A DNA stretch of 64,000 nt from an uncultured Clostridia bacterium (GCA_934177485.1 CAKPPF010000004.1:10916-74915), one strand, 5' to 3'. Shown: positions 49,505 to 59,268, counted from the stretch's first letter. The notes: a model not told the origin generated them from the letters alone. A program made the numbers and translations.

Positions 49505-51364
49505 CTATACCTCTGTAATAATAGGCAATATCATTGGATTTCTTTTTGTTTTTACAAAAATATAATCTCTTAGTCCATCTTTTAAATTTGTTTTAATTCC
49601 ACTCCAATCTTTTATTCCCTTTTCTTCACATTTATATAATTCTCGTTGAACTACGCTTTTTACTTCATCCATTAAATTTTCTGATTCTTTAACATATACA
49701 AATCCTCTTGAAATAATTTCTGGTCCTGCAACAACTATTCCATTTGAATCCATTGTTAAAACAATTATTATTAATCCGTCTTGTGATAAGTGTTGTCTAT
49801 CTCTTAATACTACATTTCCAACATCTCCTACACCTAATCCGTCAACTAGAACTCTTCCAGATTGTACTGTTCCAACCATTTTTGCACTATTTTCAGAGAT
49901 TTCCATTACTCTACCATTATTCATTATAAATATATTTTCTGGTGGTATTCCAACGCTTACCGCTGTTCTAGCATGAGCCATTAATTGCCTATATTCTCCA
50001 TGAACAGGCAAGAAATATTTAGGTCTTACTAATGATAACATTAGCTTTTGCTCTTCTTGGCATGCGTGTCCAGAAACGTGAATATCTGCTAATGAACTAT
50101 ATACAACTTCTGCTCCAATTTGCATTAAGTCATCTATAACTTTAGATACATACTTTTCGTTTCCTGGTATTGGATTTGCGGATATAATAATTAAATCATT
50201 TGGTGTTATCTCTACTTTTTTGTGTTCACCAGAGGCCATTCTTGTAAGAGCTGACATTGCTTCTCCTTGGCTTCCAGTAGTAAGTATTACTAATTGATCA
50301 TCTGTATAGTTTTTAATCATATCGATGTCAATAAAAGTATTTTCTGGTACTTGTATATATCCTAGTTCCATTGCAGTTGTTATTACATTTATCATACTTC
50401 TTCCACATACAGATACTTTTCTACCATATTTAACTGCTGAATTAACTATCTGTTGTATTCTATGAATATTTGAAGCAAATGTAGCAACAACAATTCTCTT
50501 TGTGCAGTTTAAGAATAATTTGTCAAATACTTCTCCAACTGTGCTTTCTGACATTGTATACCCTTTTCGTTCAGAGTTTGTACTATCTGAAAGCAAGGCT
50601 AAAACGCCTTTATTTCCTAATTCTGCAAGTCTTCCAAAATCTGTCTTTTCATTATCTATTGGTGTATAATCTATTTTAAAATCTCCAGTATGAACAATTA
50701 TTCCAGCAGGCGTATGAATTGCAAGTGCTACTGAGTCTGGTATACTATGACAACTTCTTATAAATTCTACTTTCATTTTGCCAAGGTTTACTTTATCTCC
50801 TTGATTTACTACTTTTAGTTTAGTGCTTTTTAACAATTTGTGTTCTTCAAGTTTATTTCTTATTAAGCCAGCAGTTAGTTTAGTAGCATATATTGGTACA
50901 TTTATCTGTTTTAAAAAATATGGTATGGCTCCTATATGGTCCTCGTGTCCATGAGTTATTACCATTCCTTTTATCTTCTCTTTGTTTCTTTCTAAATATG
51001 ATATGTCTGGTATAACTAAATCAACCCCAAGCATGTCATCTTCTGGAAATGCTAAGCCACAATCTACTATTATTATTTCATTTTCATATTCAAAAACAGT
51101 AATATTTTTACCAATCTCCAAAAGTCCTCCTAAAGGTATTATTTTTATTGGACTTTTTTTAAATCTAAATTCATTGTTATTTTCCTTTGCTTGTTTTGGT
51201 TGTTTAGCTTGTTTAGCTTTTTTTGTGTTTTTTTCTTTTTTTTCAGTTTCTAAATTTTTTAAAGTATTTTTTCGATAATTTTTTCTATATGGAGTCTTTT
51301 TCTTTGCTTTAGAGGGATTATTTTTTTCTTCTAAAGTCTCAATGTTATTTTTGTTTTCTTCCAT
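49505..51364 (-). CDS. rnj: ribonuclease J with a Lys-rich N-terminal extension
   Basis: MBL motif HGHEDHIG plus beta-CASP and C-terminal domains. The N-terminal ~65 aa are low complexity (KAKQAKQPKQAK). Confidence 0.93.
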   Translation of the reverse strand: MEENKNNIETLEEKNNPSKAKKKTPYRKNYRKNTLKNLETEKKEKNTKKAKQAKQPKQAKENNNEFRFKKSPIKIIPLGGLLEIGKNITVFEYENEIIIVDCGLAFPEDDMLGVDLVIPDISYLERNKEKIKGMVITHGHEDHIGAIPYFLKQINVPIYATKLTAGLIRNKLEEHKLLKSTKLKVVNQGDKVNLGKMKVEFIRSCHSIPDSVALAIHTPAGIIVHTGDFKIDYTPIDNEKTDFGRLAELGNKGVLALLSDSTNSERKGYTMSESTVGEVFDKLFLNCTKRIVVATFASNIHRIQQIVNSAVKYGRKVSVCGRSMINVITTAMELGYIQVPENTFIDIDMIKNYTDDQLVILTTGSQGEAMSALTRMASGEHKKVEITPNDLIIISANPIPGNEKYVSKVIDDLMQIGAEVVYSSLADIHVSGHACQEEQKLMLSLVRPKYFLPVHGEYRQLMAHARTAVSVGIPPENIFIMNNGRVMEISENSAKMVGTVQSGRVLVDGLGVGDVGNVVLRDRQHLSQDGLIIIVLTMDSNGIVVAGPEIISRGFVYVKESENLMDEVKSVVQRELYKCEEKGIKDWSGIKTNLKDGLRDYIFVKTKRNPMILPIITEV

Positions 51365-51688
51365 TTTCCTTCCTTTCTTTTATGTATTAAAAAGTATCAA
51401 TTCTTTTAATTTTTAGAGCAAACTCTTGCTAATTGTCTATTTTTATTTCAAGCATATAATGCCTTATATACAATATTCTCCCATCATATAAAGCTTATAT
51501 TTCTTAACGTAAAATAGAAATAAAAGATATATATTGGATTTTTATTTTCATATATATCTTTGTACTATTTAAATTACTCCTATTTTAGATAAATACTTAA
51601 TACATTTATATATAATTTAATCTCTTCTTTACCACCTTTGGGTAACAACTGTTATTATTATACATCAAATGTAAACATATGTCAAATA

Positions 51689-52594
51689 CTAGTTTGCTTC
51701 TAACATTGATGCTCCTATAATTCCTGCATCATTTGCATATTTAGCTACTAAAATATCCGGAATTTCTCTTCCATTAAAATATTTATTTAATTGTTCTTTT
51801 ATTTTTTCTATAAATATGTCCGAATAGTATGCAAAACTTCCACCTATACATATTGCATCTGGTTCAAAAATGCTTATTACATTATTTAGTCCTATACTTA
51901 AATAATATACATATCTATCTATTATTTTATTAACTTCTTCTGTTTTTTCCTTACTTTTAATAATATCAAACATTTTATAGCTTTTTAAATCTTTTATGTT
52001 AAAGAGTTCTTCAATTTCTTGTCTAAATACTCTCATTGAAGCATACTGTTCAAAACAACCATTTCTTCCACAATTGCATTTTCTTCCATCAACGTCAATT
52101 ATCATATGTCCAATTTCAAATCCTTGGTACGTATTTGGAGAAACAAGTTTATTATTATAGTAATACGCTGCTCCTATTCCTGTGCCTAAGGTAATAAATA
52201 TGCAATTATTGTAATTTTTTAGTGCCCCACATTGTTTTTCACATAACGATGAACACTTAACATCGTTTTTCACAAAAACTTTTGTATTAAATTCTTTTAA
52301 AATTTCTGAAAAGTTAATTTCAGCATTGTATTTATATATAATACCATTTTTTATATTTGCACTTGGAAATCCAATTCCTATTGTGTCTATTTTTTTTATA
52401 TTTTTCTCATTCATAATTTCTTTTATTAGTTTTTTTGAGTAAAGTGCAACTGTATTTGGCATATTATTTTTCTCATCCTCTGTCCAATTATGTTCTTTTT
52501 GTAGTTCAATTTCTAATTTTTCATTAACAAGTCCAACAGCTATGTGGCTTCCTCCAATATCAATTCCTATTTTCATTTTCTTCACCTCGTTCAT
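51689..52594 (-). CDS. ROK-family sugar kinase (glucokinase-like)
   Basis: GIDIGGSHI ATP-binding motif and ROK zinc motif CNCGRNGCFE. Confidence 0.8.
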   Translation of the reverse strand: MNEVKKMKIGIDIGGSHIAVGLVNEKLEIELQKEHNWTEDEKNNMPNTVALYSKKLIKEIMNEKNIKKIDTIGIGFPSANIKNGIIYKYNAEINFSEILKEFNTKVFVKNDVKCSSLCEKQCGALKNYNNCIFITLGTGIGAAYYYNNKLVSPNTYQGFEIGHMIIDVDGRKCNCGRNGCFEQYASMRVFRQEIEELFNIKDLKSYKMFDIIKSKEKTEEVNKIIDRYVYYLSIGLNNVISIFEPDAICIGGSFAYYSDIFIEKIKEQLNKYFNGREIPDILVAKYANDAGIIGASMLEAN

Positions 52595-52640
52595 ATATAT
52601 GTATAAGAAGGCTATAATATATTATAGCCTTCTTTATCTT

Positions 52641-53993
52641 TTACATTCCTACTGAATCAAATAGCCATCCACCCATGTATACGTTTATACATGGAACAAG
52701 TACTACAAGTACAACAAATATTAGCAATATTCCAACTATAGCATAAATAATTTCAGGTAATACTTTCATTATTTTAGCAATTGTATTATCTATATCTATT
52801 TGTAAATACTCTAAAAGCTTAGCCATCATTTCTTTTAAATCTGTACTCATACCAATATTTAACATTTCAATTATCATTGGAGAAGCTAAGTTTGATTTTT
52901 CAAATGCCTCAACCCATGATTGTCCAAGAATTATATCATTAATTGATGATTCAATTATAGATCTTAATACAACATTTTTTACAACATTTTTACTAGTTTC
53001 TAAGGAATCTTGAATACGTATACCATTATTTAAATTCAAAAGCATTGCTCTTGCAAATCTTAGAAAATCTAATCCAAATATTAGTCTTCCAAATAATGGC
53101 ATTGTGTATTTGAAATAATCAAAACCATATCTTCCTTTTGGTGTATTAATATATGTTATTATCGCAGCTACTATTACAGCTATTATTGCCACAGGTATAA
53201 ACCAATATTTTACTACTCCTTTTAAGAAATTAGAAAACCACATTGTAATTGCAGGCATTTGTGCATTTGCTCCCATTGATGCCATAACATCTTGTAATAT
53301 AGGAATTATTACAAGAACCCCAACAAAAAGTAATGCCACTAATGCAATAAACATTAGTAAATTAGGAACAAGCATGCTTCTAATTTTTTTAGTATATTTT
53401 TCATTTTCATCCAAATACTGTACCGCTTCTTCTAATGATTTCGTAAGTGATCCAGATTGTTCTCCTACCCTTACCATATTTATATATAAGTATGGGAAAA
53501 CATCTGAATAGTATTCCATTGTTGTATACATATTTTCACCAGCTTCAACACCAGCTAAAATATCTCTAATTATTTCTTGAAGCTGTTCATTTTCTGTAGT
53601 TTCAATTATTGTGCTAAGAGCTTGTATATTGTTAAAATTAGCTTTTTTTAATAAATATAAGTCTTGAGTAAAAATAACAATATCTCTCGTTGTTATTTTT
53701 TGCATAACTTTTATATTTAGTTTTTGAGCTAATGTTTGTTTTTTTCTGTTATTATCAAAATTTAGATATTGATTTTCACTATAATTTTTTACCAAGTCAT
53801 TTACATCATTAATATTTCTCTTTTGTTTTTTAGTTGTTTTTTTAATTATTGAATTGTTAACTTGCACTATATTAATAGGGGTTAAGCTATTTCTTTTAAG
53901 TTTTCTTATTAATGACTTTCTATTTATTTCATCTACTCTATTTTGAACAATAACGCCATTTTCATTTACAGCTCTGTATTTAAAAGTTGGCAT
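52641..53993 (-). CDS. pilC: type IV pilus platform protein PilC (GspF family)
   Basis: 450 aa with two T2SS-F-like halves and three TM segments; last gene of the pilus locus. Confidence 0.85.
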   Translation of the reverse strand: MPTFKYRAVNENGVIVQNRVDEINRKSLIRKLKRNSLTPINIVQVNNSIIKKTTKKQKRNINDVNDLVKNYSENQYLNFDNNRKKQTLAQKLNIKVMQKITTRDIVIFTQDLYLLKKANFNNIQALSTIIETTENEQLQEIIRDILAGVEAGENMYTTMEYYSDVFPYLYINMVRVGEQSGSLTKSLEEAVQYLDENEKYTKKIRSMLVPNLLMFIALVALLFVGVLVIIPILQDVMASMGANAQMPAITMWFSNFLKGVVKYWFIPVAIIAVIVAAIITYINTPKGRYGFDYFKYTMPLFGRLIFGLDFLRFARAMLLNLNNGIRIQDSLETSKNVVKNVVLRSIIESSINDIILGQSWVEAFEKSNLASPMIIEMLNIGMSTDLKEMMAKLLEYLQIDIDNTIAKIMKVLPEIIYAIVGILLIFVVLVVLVPCINVYMGGWLFDSVGM

Positions 53994-54010
53994 ATAGGTT
54001 TCCTCCTATT

Positions 54011-55123
54011 TTAATTTTGTCTTTCCTTTTTTATTCTAAGTTGCATTATAGTTCTATTCAGTACCTCAATATTTTTTTCTTCTATTTGAGATTTTGCTTG
54101 TTCTAGTGTAATTTTATCATCAACAAATAATTTTGCTATAGAATTTATTAATCCTATACTTCCATTTTCTGAACTTGATTGTATTGCATCTTCTATTTCA
54201 GAAACACTTAGTTTTTCTTTTCTTATCATTCCCGAAACAACATTATCAACTACCATAACTTCTGGAACTAAAACTAATTTTTCGTTTTTTCCTGGTAGAA
54301 GCCTTTGAGCTACTACTAATTTTAATAATGAAGATAGCAAATATTTTACAGTTGTTTGGTCAGATATCTCATAAAAGTTTATCATTCTATCTAGTGTTTC
54401 TGCACATGATTTCGTATGAAGTGTTCCAATAACCAAATGTCCAGACTCTGCTGTTTCTATTGCAGCATCCATTGTTTCTTTGTCTCTTATTTCTCCTATA
54501 ATAACAATATCGCAATCCTCTCTTAGAGAGTTTTTTACACCATCACTAAAAGAAAGTGAATCTCCACCAATTCCAATCTCTTTTTGAACTATAACTGATT
54601 TTTTTGATTTATGCTTATATTCAATTGGGTTTTCTAATGATAAGATCTTTTTATTTAATGATTCATTTATATCATTAACCAAGGCATTTAATGTTGTTGT
54701 TTTACCTGAGTTTGTTTTTCCTGTTACTAAGATTAATCCTTGTGGCTGCCTTGTCATTCTTCTTACTATATCTGGAACTCCCAAATCTTCGAATTTTGGT
54801 AACTCTTTTTTTATAAGCCTAAAAGTAAATACAGGAACTCCTTCAGCTAAAGATGCATTTATTCTTAATCTTGTATCTTTATACTCATAAGAAGTGTCTA
54901 GTTTTTTTGTTTCCTTAAATACTGTATCTTTATCCAAATTACCTTTTACAATTGAATCATAAATATCATACATATCATCTTCTGTTAGTACTTCATATTC
55001 TTCAATTGGTTCAAGCCTTCTTGTGATTCTTAGCATAGGTTTTAAGCCCAAAATTAAATGGATATCTGATGCATCTTTTTGTATTGCAATGTCAATTAAA
55101 TCTTCTATTTGTACCATATTCAA
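54011..55123 (-). CDS. pilT: type IV pilus retraction ATPase PilT
   Basis: Walker A GKTNSGKTTT, Asp box, GEIRD and His box GHLVIGTLHT; 370-aa PilT-like size. Confidence 0.9.
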   Translation of the reverse strand: MNMVQIEDLIDIAIQKDASDIHLILGLKPMLRITRRLEPIEEYEVLTEDDMYDIYDSIVKGNLDKDTVFKETKKLDTSYEYKDTRLRINASLAEGVPVFTFRLIKKELPKFEDLGVPDIVRRMTRQPQGLILVTGKTNSGKTTTLNALVNDINESLNKKILSLENPIEYKHKSKKSVIVQKEIGIGGDSLSFSDGVKNSLREDCDIVIIGEIRDKETMDAAIETAESGHLVIGTLHTKSCAETLDRMINFYEISDQTTVKYLLSSLLKLVVAQRLLPGKNEKLVLVPEVMVVDNVVSGMIRKEKLSVSEIEDAIQSSSENGSIGLINSIAKLFVDDKITLEQAKSQIEEKNIEVLNRTIMQLRIKKERQN

Positions 55124-55133
55124 TATTTCCCTT

Positions 55134-56759
55134 CTATTTTATTAATAATTTTTTATTTAATTCTTTCATATTTGTAATTCCTTCAATTACTTTTCTAATT
55201 CCATCAATTTCAATTGGTTCATATCCGTATTTTTGTGCTTCTTTTTTTATTTTTATTGAAGATTCACCATTAGATATTAATTCTTTTATTTCATCATTTA
55301 TCTGTAGTACTTCAAATATACCTATTCTTTCTAGATAACCAACATTATTACAATATTCGCATCCAACAGCATCATAAGTTTTTTTGTTTTTTAAATCAAA
55401 CTTATAATTATATTTTTCTTCTACTTTTTTTATTATTTCTAATTCTTCTTCATTAAATTCTCTTTCTTTAGCACAATGTTCACATAGTCTTCTTACTAAT
55501 CTTTGTGATGCAGCTGTAGCTAGTGTACTTGCAATATCATAATTTGATACACCAAGTTTTCTAAGTCTAGTAATTACTTCTACCGCATCTATTGTATGAA
55601 TTGTAGATAAAACATAATGTCCTGTTTGGCCAGCTTGTATAGAAATTTCAGCTGTTTCCTTATCTCTTATTTCTCCAACTAGAATAATATCAGGATCTTG
55701 TCTTAATATTGTTCTTAAAGCTGATGCAAAGTTAGTTTTTGCTCCCATTTCAACTTGATTTAAACCAGGTATTCTAATTTCAACTGGGTCCTCAATTGTT
55801 GTAATGTTTACCTCAGTTCTATTTAACTCATTTATAATAGCATATAAAGATGTTGTTTTACCTTCTCCAGTTGGTGCTCCCATAATTGTAATACTGTTTC
55901 TTTTTTCAAAGCATTTTTTAACATCTTTATCTTTTGGGAATCCTAGTTCATGTAATCCTTTTATATTTTGATTTTTCTTTAATAGCCTTAAAACAAATTT
56001 TTCACCATAAATATTTTTTTGTGAAGAAACACGTATATTATAGTCTGGATATATAATTATTCTACCATCTTGATCTTCTTGCTTTTCTTGGTACATATTG
56101 GATATAGCCTTTAAACGACCTACAACTTGTGCTTGTTTTTCTTTTGGTATTTCTGTAATTGTAAAAAGTTCTCCATCAATTCTAAATCTAACTCTAACTT
56201 TATCTTCCATTGGTTCGAAGTGTATATCACTTGCTCTTTTACTCATTCCTGTCTTAATTATGGAATCTATAAGTTTTATCATATCTGAATTAACATTAAT
56301 TCCTTCTTCAACTTTGCCGTCAAGCATTCTAATAATATTATTAATATTAGATTCAAAAGTAATGTATTTGTCCATTACCAAGCCTTTATTTAAAAGCAAT
56401 AATCTTATTTTATCTACATTTGATTTATTTGCAGTGTCTGCAAAACAAACTTTAATTTTTCCCTGTTCTTTTGTAAATGGAACTGCATTACAACTTTTAA
56501 TTGTATCTAAAGAAATATATTCTTCAGTATTTAAATCTATATCATCTGGAGTTAATAAAATACCTTTTTCACCCAATATATCTGCAATTCCATCTATAAG
56601 CGTTTTAGGGTTACAATCTGTAGTTTCTTTTAATATTTCTCCTAGTTTCATTTTTCTATGAGATTTTTGATATTCCACTGCAGCATTTATTTGTTCTTCA
56701 GTTACAATTCCTCTTCTTACTAACTCAACCCCAATTGGAGCTCTTTTATTTGATTCCAT
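55134..56759 (-). CDS. pilB: type IV pilus assembly ATPase PilB (GspE family)
   Basis: Walker A GAPTGEGKTTSL, GEIRDKETAE, TGHYVLSTIHT, the tetracysteine motif CEHC...CEYC and an N-terminal T2SSE_N/MshEN-like domain. Confidence 0.9.
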   Translation of the reverse strand: MESNKRAPIGVELVRRGIVTEEQINAAVEYQKSHRKMKLGEILKETTDCNPKTLIDGIADILGEKGILLTPDDIDLNTEEYISLDTIKSCNAVPFTKEQGKIKVCFADTANKSNVDKIRLLLLNKGLVMDKYITFESNINNIIRMLDGKVEEGINVNSDMIKLIDSIIKTGMSKRASDIHFEPMEDKVRVRFRIDGELFTITEIPKEKQAQVVGRLKAISNMYQEKQEDQDGRIIIYPDYNIRVSSQKNIYGEKFVLRLLKKNQNIKGLHELGFPKDKDVKKCFEKRNSITIMGAPTGEGKTTSLYAIINELNRTEVNITTIEDPVEIRIPGLNQVEMGAKTNFASALRTILRQDPDIILVGEIRDKETAEISIQAGQTGHYVLSTIHTIDAVEVITRLRKLGVSNYDIASTLATAASQRLVRRLCEHCAKEREFNEEELEIIKKVEEKYNYKFDLKNKKTYDAVGCEYCNNVGYLERIGIFEVLQINDEIKELISNGESSIKIKKEAQKYGYEPIEIDGIRKVIEGITNMKELNKKLLIK

Positions 56760-56774
56760 AATTCCTCCTATGTT

Positions 56775-57206
56775 TTAATAGATTTCTTCTATTTTATAAG
56801 TAATCTCCTTGGAAAAACTGTTATTGAATGTTACTTTTGCACTTATAATGTTTTCTTCATTTGGATTATAATTAAAACTTAAGTCACTAACCCCGTCGCA
56901 TATTTTTATATTATTATAATAAATAATACCATTTCTTAATGAAAATGAATTTCCAGTTTTAAATAATATATAGTTTTTTTCTTCTTGCTTAATAGTGCTT
57001 TCAACTTTATTCCCTGTTTTTTTTATCTCTTTTAAAAAGTAAGTATTAAATTTATTAAATTCCAATATTTCCTTTGTTCGATCATTTATTCCTGTATTAT
57101 TTTCGTAAAAATTTTTAATTATGCTAGACATGATTCCAATTATTATAAATAGTACACTAATATATATAATTAGAGACATTAATGTAATGCCTTTACATTT
57201 TTTCAT
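56775..57206 (-). CDS. pilin-like (minor pilin candidate), Ser at +5
   Basis: MKKCKG|ITLMSLIIYISVLFIIIGIM leader and helix; located in the pilus locus. Confidence 0.6.
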   Translation of the reverse strand: MKKCKGITLMSLIIYISVLFIIIGIMSSIIKNFYENNTGINDRTKEILEFNKFNTYFLKEIKKTGNKVESTIKQEEKNYILFKTGNSFSLRNGIIYYNNIKICDGVSDLSFNYNPNEENIISAKVTFNNSFSKEITYKIEEIY

Positions 57207-57208
57207 AT

Positions 57209-57613
57209 TTACTCCTTTATCTTTGTTCTTATCATTGTTTGTTTGTATGTTTTGTCTCCTATAGAATATTCTATATCTGCTGTAATTTTTTGTATAATAT
57301 CTTTTTCTCCTAAACTTTCTGGTTTATTGATTGTTATTATATATCCTCGGCTTACAGCTTCTTCTGGTATACAACCATCATATTGGTTTGAATATTCAGA
57401 TACCGTAGTGTAATTAGCCATTCCGATTTGTTCAAACGTTTCAGTCAAATAAATAGTTGCTTCTGCTTCTTTATATAATTTCACATTTTTTAAAGCATTA
57501 TTCAAAATTAAGGATACAATTAGTGATGAAAATAACATTATTGCAATTATGGATATAATAATGTCTGTTGACGTAAATCCTTTATTGCAGTTTGTTTTCA
57601 TATTTTTATTCAT
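57209..57613 (-). CDS. pilin-like (minor pilin candidate), Asp at +5
   Basis: MNKNMKTNCNKG|FTSTDIIISIIAIMLF leader and helix; located in the pilus locus. Confidence 0.6.
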   Translation of the reverse strand: MNKNMKTNCNKGFTSTDIIISIIAIMLFSSLIVSLILNNALKNVKLYKEAEATIYLTETFEQIGMANYTTVSEYSNQYDGCIPEEAVSRGYIITINKPESLGEKDIIQKITADIEYSIGDKTYKQTMIRTKIKE

Positions 57614-57636
57614 AACAGTTAATTATAGGCTCCTTT

Positions 57637-58407
57637 CTATATTAAATAGTTTGTTATAAATTCCAAAATAATTATTGTAATAATATTAGCTGTACAAAGA
57701 AAAAATCCTATTGGCATTTTATCTGTTTTTTTCTTGTTTATAATTCTGTAAATTATGATTATCATTAAAGTCAAAATTGCAGAAATTATATATGTTTTGC
57801 TTCCACAAAATACTATAATATATAAAAATAAATATAATATTTGTATGTAGTATTTTTCTTTTAAAAATTTTTTTAAGCTTAAGCTTGTTAGTAGTAAAAT
57901 TATTAATAGCATTAATAAATATATAACATATTGATATACATTTATATTTTTCAATGTACATTGATATATTATATATATTATTTCTATTATATAGCCTACA
58001 ACAATAACGCTTTTTTCTATTTTAATATTTTCTTTGTCTATTCCAGCAATAATAAATAAAATAGAAATATAAATTAATAAAAATGCTAAATTAATAGTAC
58101 TATTAAGACATCCTATATCAGTTTTGCTTACAATAGCTAATATAAGAAATGTAAGTCCCGAAAATATTTCCAGAATTAAATATCTAGGTCTTATTTTCAA
58201 CCCGCAATATCTACATTTTCCACCTAAAAAAATATAGCTAAATATCGGAAATAAGTCAAAAAATCCTAATTTGTGATTACAATTAGGACAATATGAATGT
58301 TTTATTAATATATCTTCTTTTTTAGGAATCCTATATACAGCAAGAGTAAAAAAGCTACCAAAAAAAGCTCCTGTTATAAACATTAGAATATATAAAAAAA
58401 TTTTCAT
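57637..58407 (-). CDS. pilD: prepilin peptidase (A24 family)
   Basis: Polytopic membrane protein with the N-terminal CPNC...CRYC zinc-finger loop typical of PilD. Confidence 0.85.
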   Translation of the reverse strand: MKIFLYILMFITGAFFGSFFTLAVYRIPKKEDILIKHSYCPNCNHKLGFFDLFPIFSYIFLGGKCRYCGLKIRPRYLILEIFSGLTFLILAIVSKTDIGCLNSTINLAFLLIYISILFIIAGIDKENIKIEKSVIVVGYIIEIIYIIYQCTLKNINVYQYVIYLLMLLIILLLTSLSLKKFLKEKYYIQILYLFLYIIVFCGSKTYIISAILTLMIIIIYRIINKKKTDKMPIGFFLCTANIITIIILEFITNYLI

Positions 58408-58462
58408 CTTATTTTTATGATATATTAATTAAATATCATATTACTCCTTTCGTTTTTTAAAG

Positions 58463-58504
58463 AAAGGCATATACTCCCATTGTATATAAGTAGCATATGC
58501 CTTT
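58463..58504 (-). terminator. stem-loop after the short pilin gene (partial terminator / attenuator candidate)
   Basis: AAAGGCATAT...ATATGCCTTT, a 10-bp stem with a 22-nt loop and only a short U-tract. Confidence 0.4.
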
Positions 58505-58543
58505 AAAGTCAAATAAATTGTTAATAATACACTTAAATCTTAA

Positions 58544-58765
58544 TTATTGTCCTGTTGTGTTATTCCAGTTTTCAAGATAAGCGTTATATTCATCAATTTT
58601 TGCGTTTTCATTTGTTTGAGCAGTTGTATAATCATTTTTTGCATTTTTTGCGTAATCAATTATTTTGTTATTATTTATTGAAGAAATTGCAACTACTGCT
58701 AATATTAATAAAACAATTATTGTTATTATTAATGCAACTAATGTAATACCTTTTTGTCCTTTCAT
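58544..58765 (-). CDS. ultra-short type IV pilin candidate (73 aa), Ala at +5
   Basis: MKGQKG|ITLVALIITIIVLLILAVVAI plus a 37-aa Tyr/Asn-rich tail; RBS AAAGGAGGGA; followed by a stem-loop. Confidence 0.7.
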   Translation of the reverse strand: MKGQKGITLVALIITIIVLLILAVVAISSINNNKIIDYAKNAKNDYTTAQTNENAKIDEYNAYLENWNNTTGQ

Positions 58766-58791
58766 TTTTTTCCCTCCTTTTCTAATTATAA

Positions 58792-58809
58792 ATATATATA
58801 TATATATAT
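58792..58809. repeat. (AT)9 dinucleotide microsatellite upstream of the short pilin gene
   Basis: ATATATATATATATATAT read directly, 27-45 nt upstream of the start codon at 58765. Confidence 0.9.
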
Positions 58810-58839
58810 TTATTTATAAAAAATAAATATATTATAAAC

Positions 58840-59253
58840 TTATTTTAATCCACCATTATTATAGAAGCCACCTGAACTATTTGTACTATTTGAGTCTTTT
58901 GAATTATTAGTGTTGTTATCTGATGATGAATTTTCTGTTTCATTTGCACTTTTACTTATAGGAGCAAATGGATCTGCTTTTCCGCTTGTATATTCTTCAC
59001 TAGACTTTTCGTATTTTTTTATATCTGAAGCATCTAAATAATATGTTGTTATTAAATCTTTGTCTTCTTCTAAAACTTGTTCTTGTAATTGTTCATTCAT
59101 TTTGTCTGTAAGCTTATATTCTTCTGCTATTGGAATAACCTTCGTTAATGCTATTTTATCATAAAACACGATGCATATAGAAAATATTATAGCTATAATT
59201 ACTAAAATACTAAAAATTAAATTTTTTATAATTTTATAGTTGTCTTTATTCAT
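58840..59253 (-). CDS. membrane-anchored pilus-locus protein with a DPF motif (PilP-like?)
   Basis: One TM helix, GKADPFAP motif and a Ser/Asn-rich tail; position between the pilO-like and pilin genes. Confidence 0.4.
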   Translation of the reverse strand: MNKDNYKIIKNLIFSILVIIAIIFSICIVFYDKIALTKVIPIAEEYKLTDKMNEQLQEQVLEEDKDLITTYYLDASDIKKYEKSSEEYTSGKADPFAPISKSANETENSSSDNNTNNSKDSNSTNSSGGFYNNGGLK

Positions 59254-59268
59254 AAGCTTGTCTCCTTT

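Noticed and set aside
51365-51688. 324-nt region upstream of rnj containing AAAGGTGGTAAAG, considered as a T-box.
   Set aside because: The match covers only GGTGGTA, with no CCGCG and no adjacent terminator/antiterminator arrangement. The clear hairpin there (AAAGATATATAT...ATATATATCTTT plus a U-run) fits the terminator of the upstream ROK kinase gene.
57719-57961. 80-aa ORF in an alternative frame inside pilD.
   Set aside because: It is fully nested in the prepilin peptidase gene on the same strand, its translation is low-complexity and it has no RBS.
58408-58462. Mini-ORF ATG-ATA-TTT-AAT-TAA behind a strong AAAGGAG RBS upstream of pilD, considered as a leader peptide.
   Set aside because: It has four codons only. 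In AT-rich DNA this arises easily, and no attenuator structure is linked to it.
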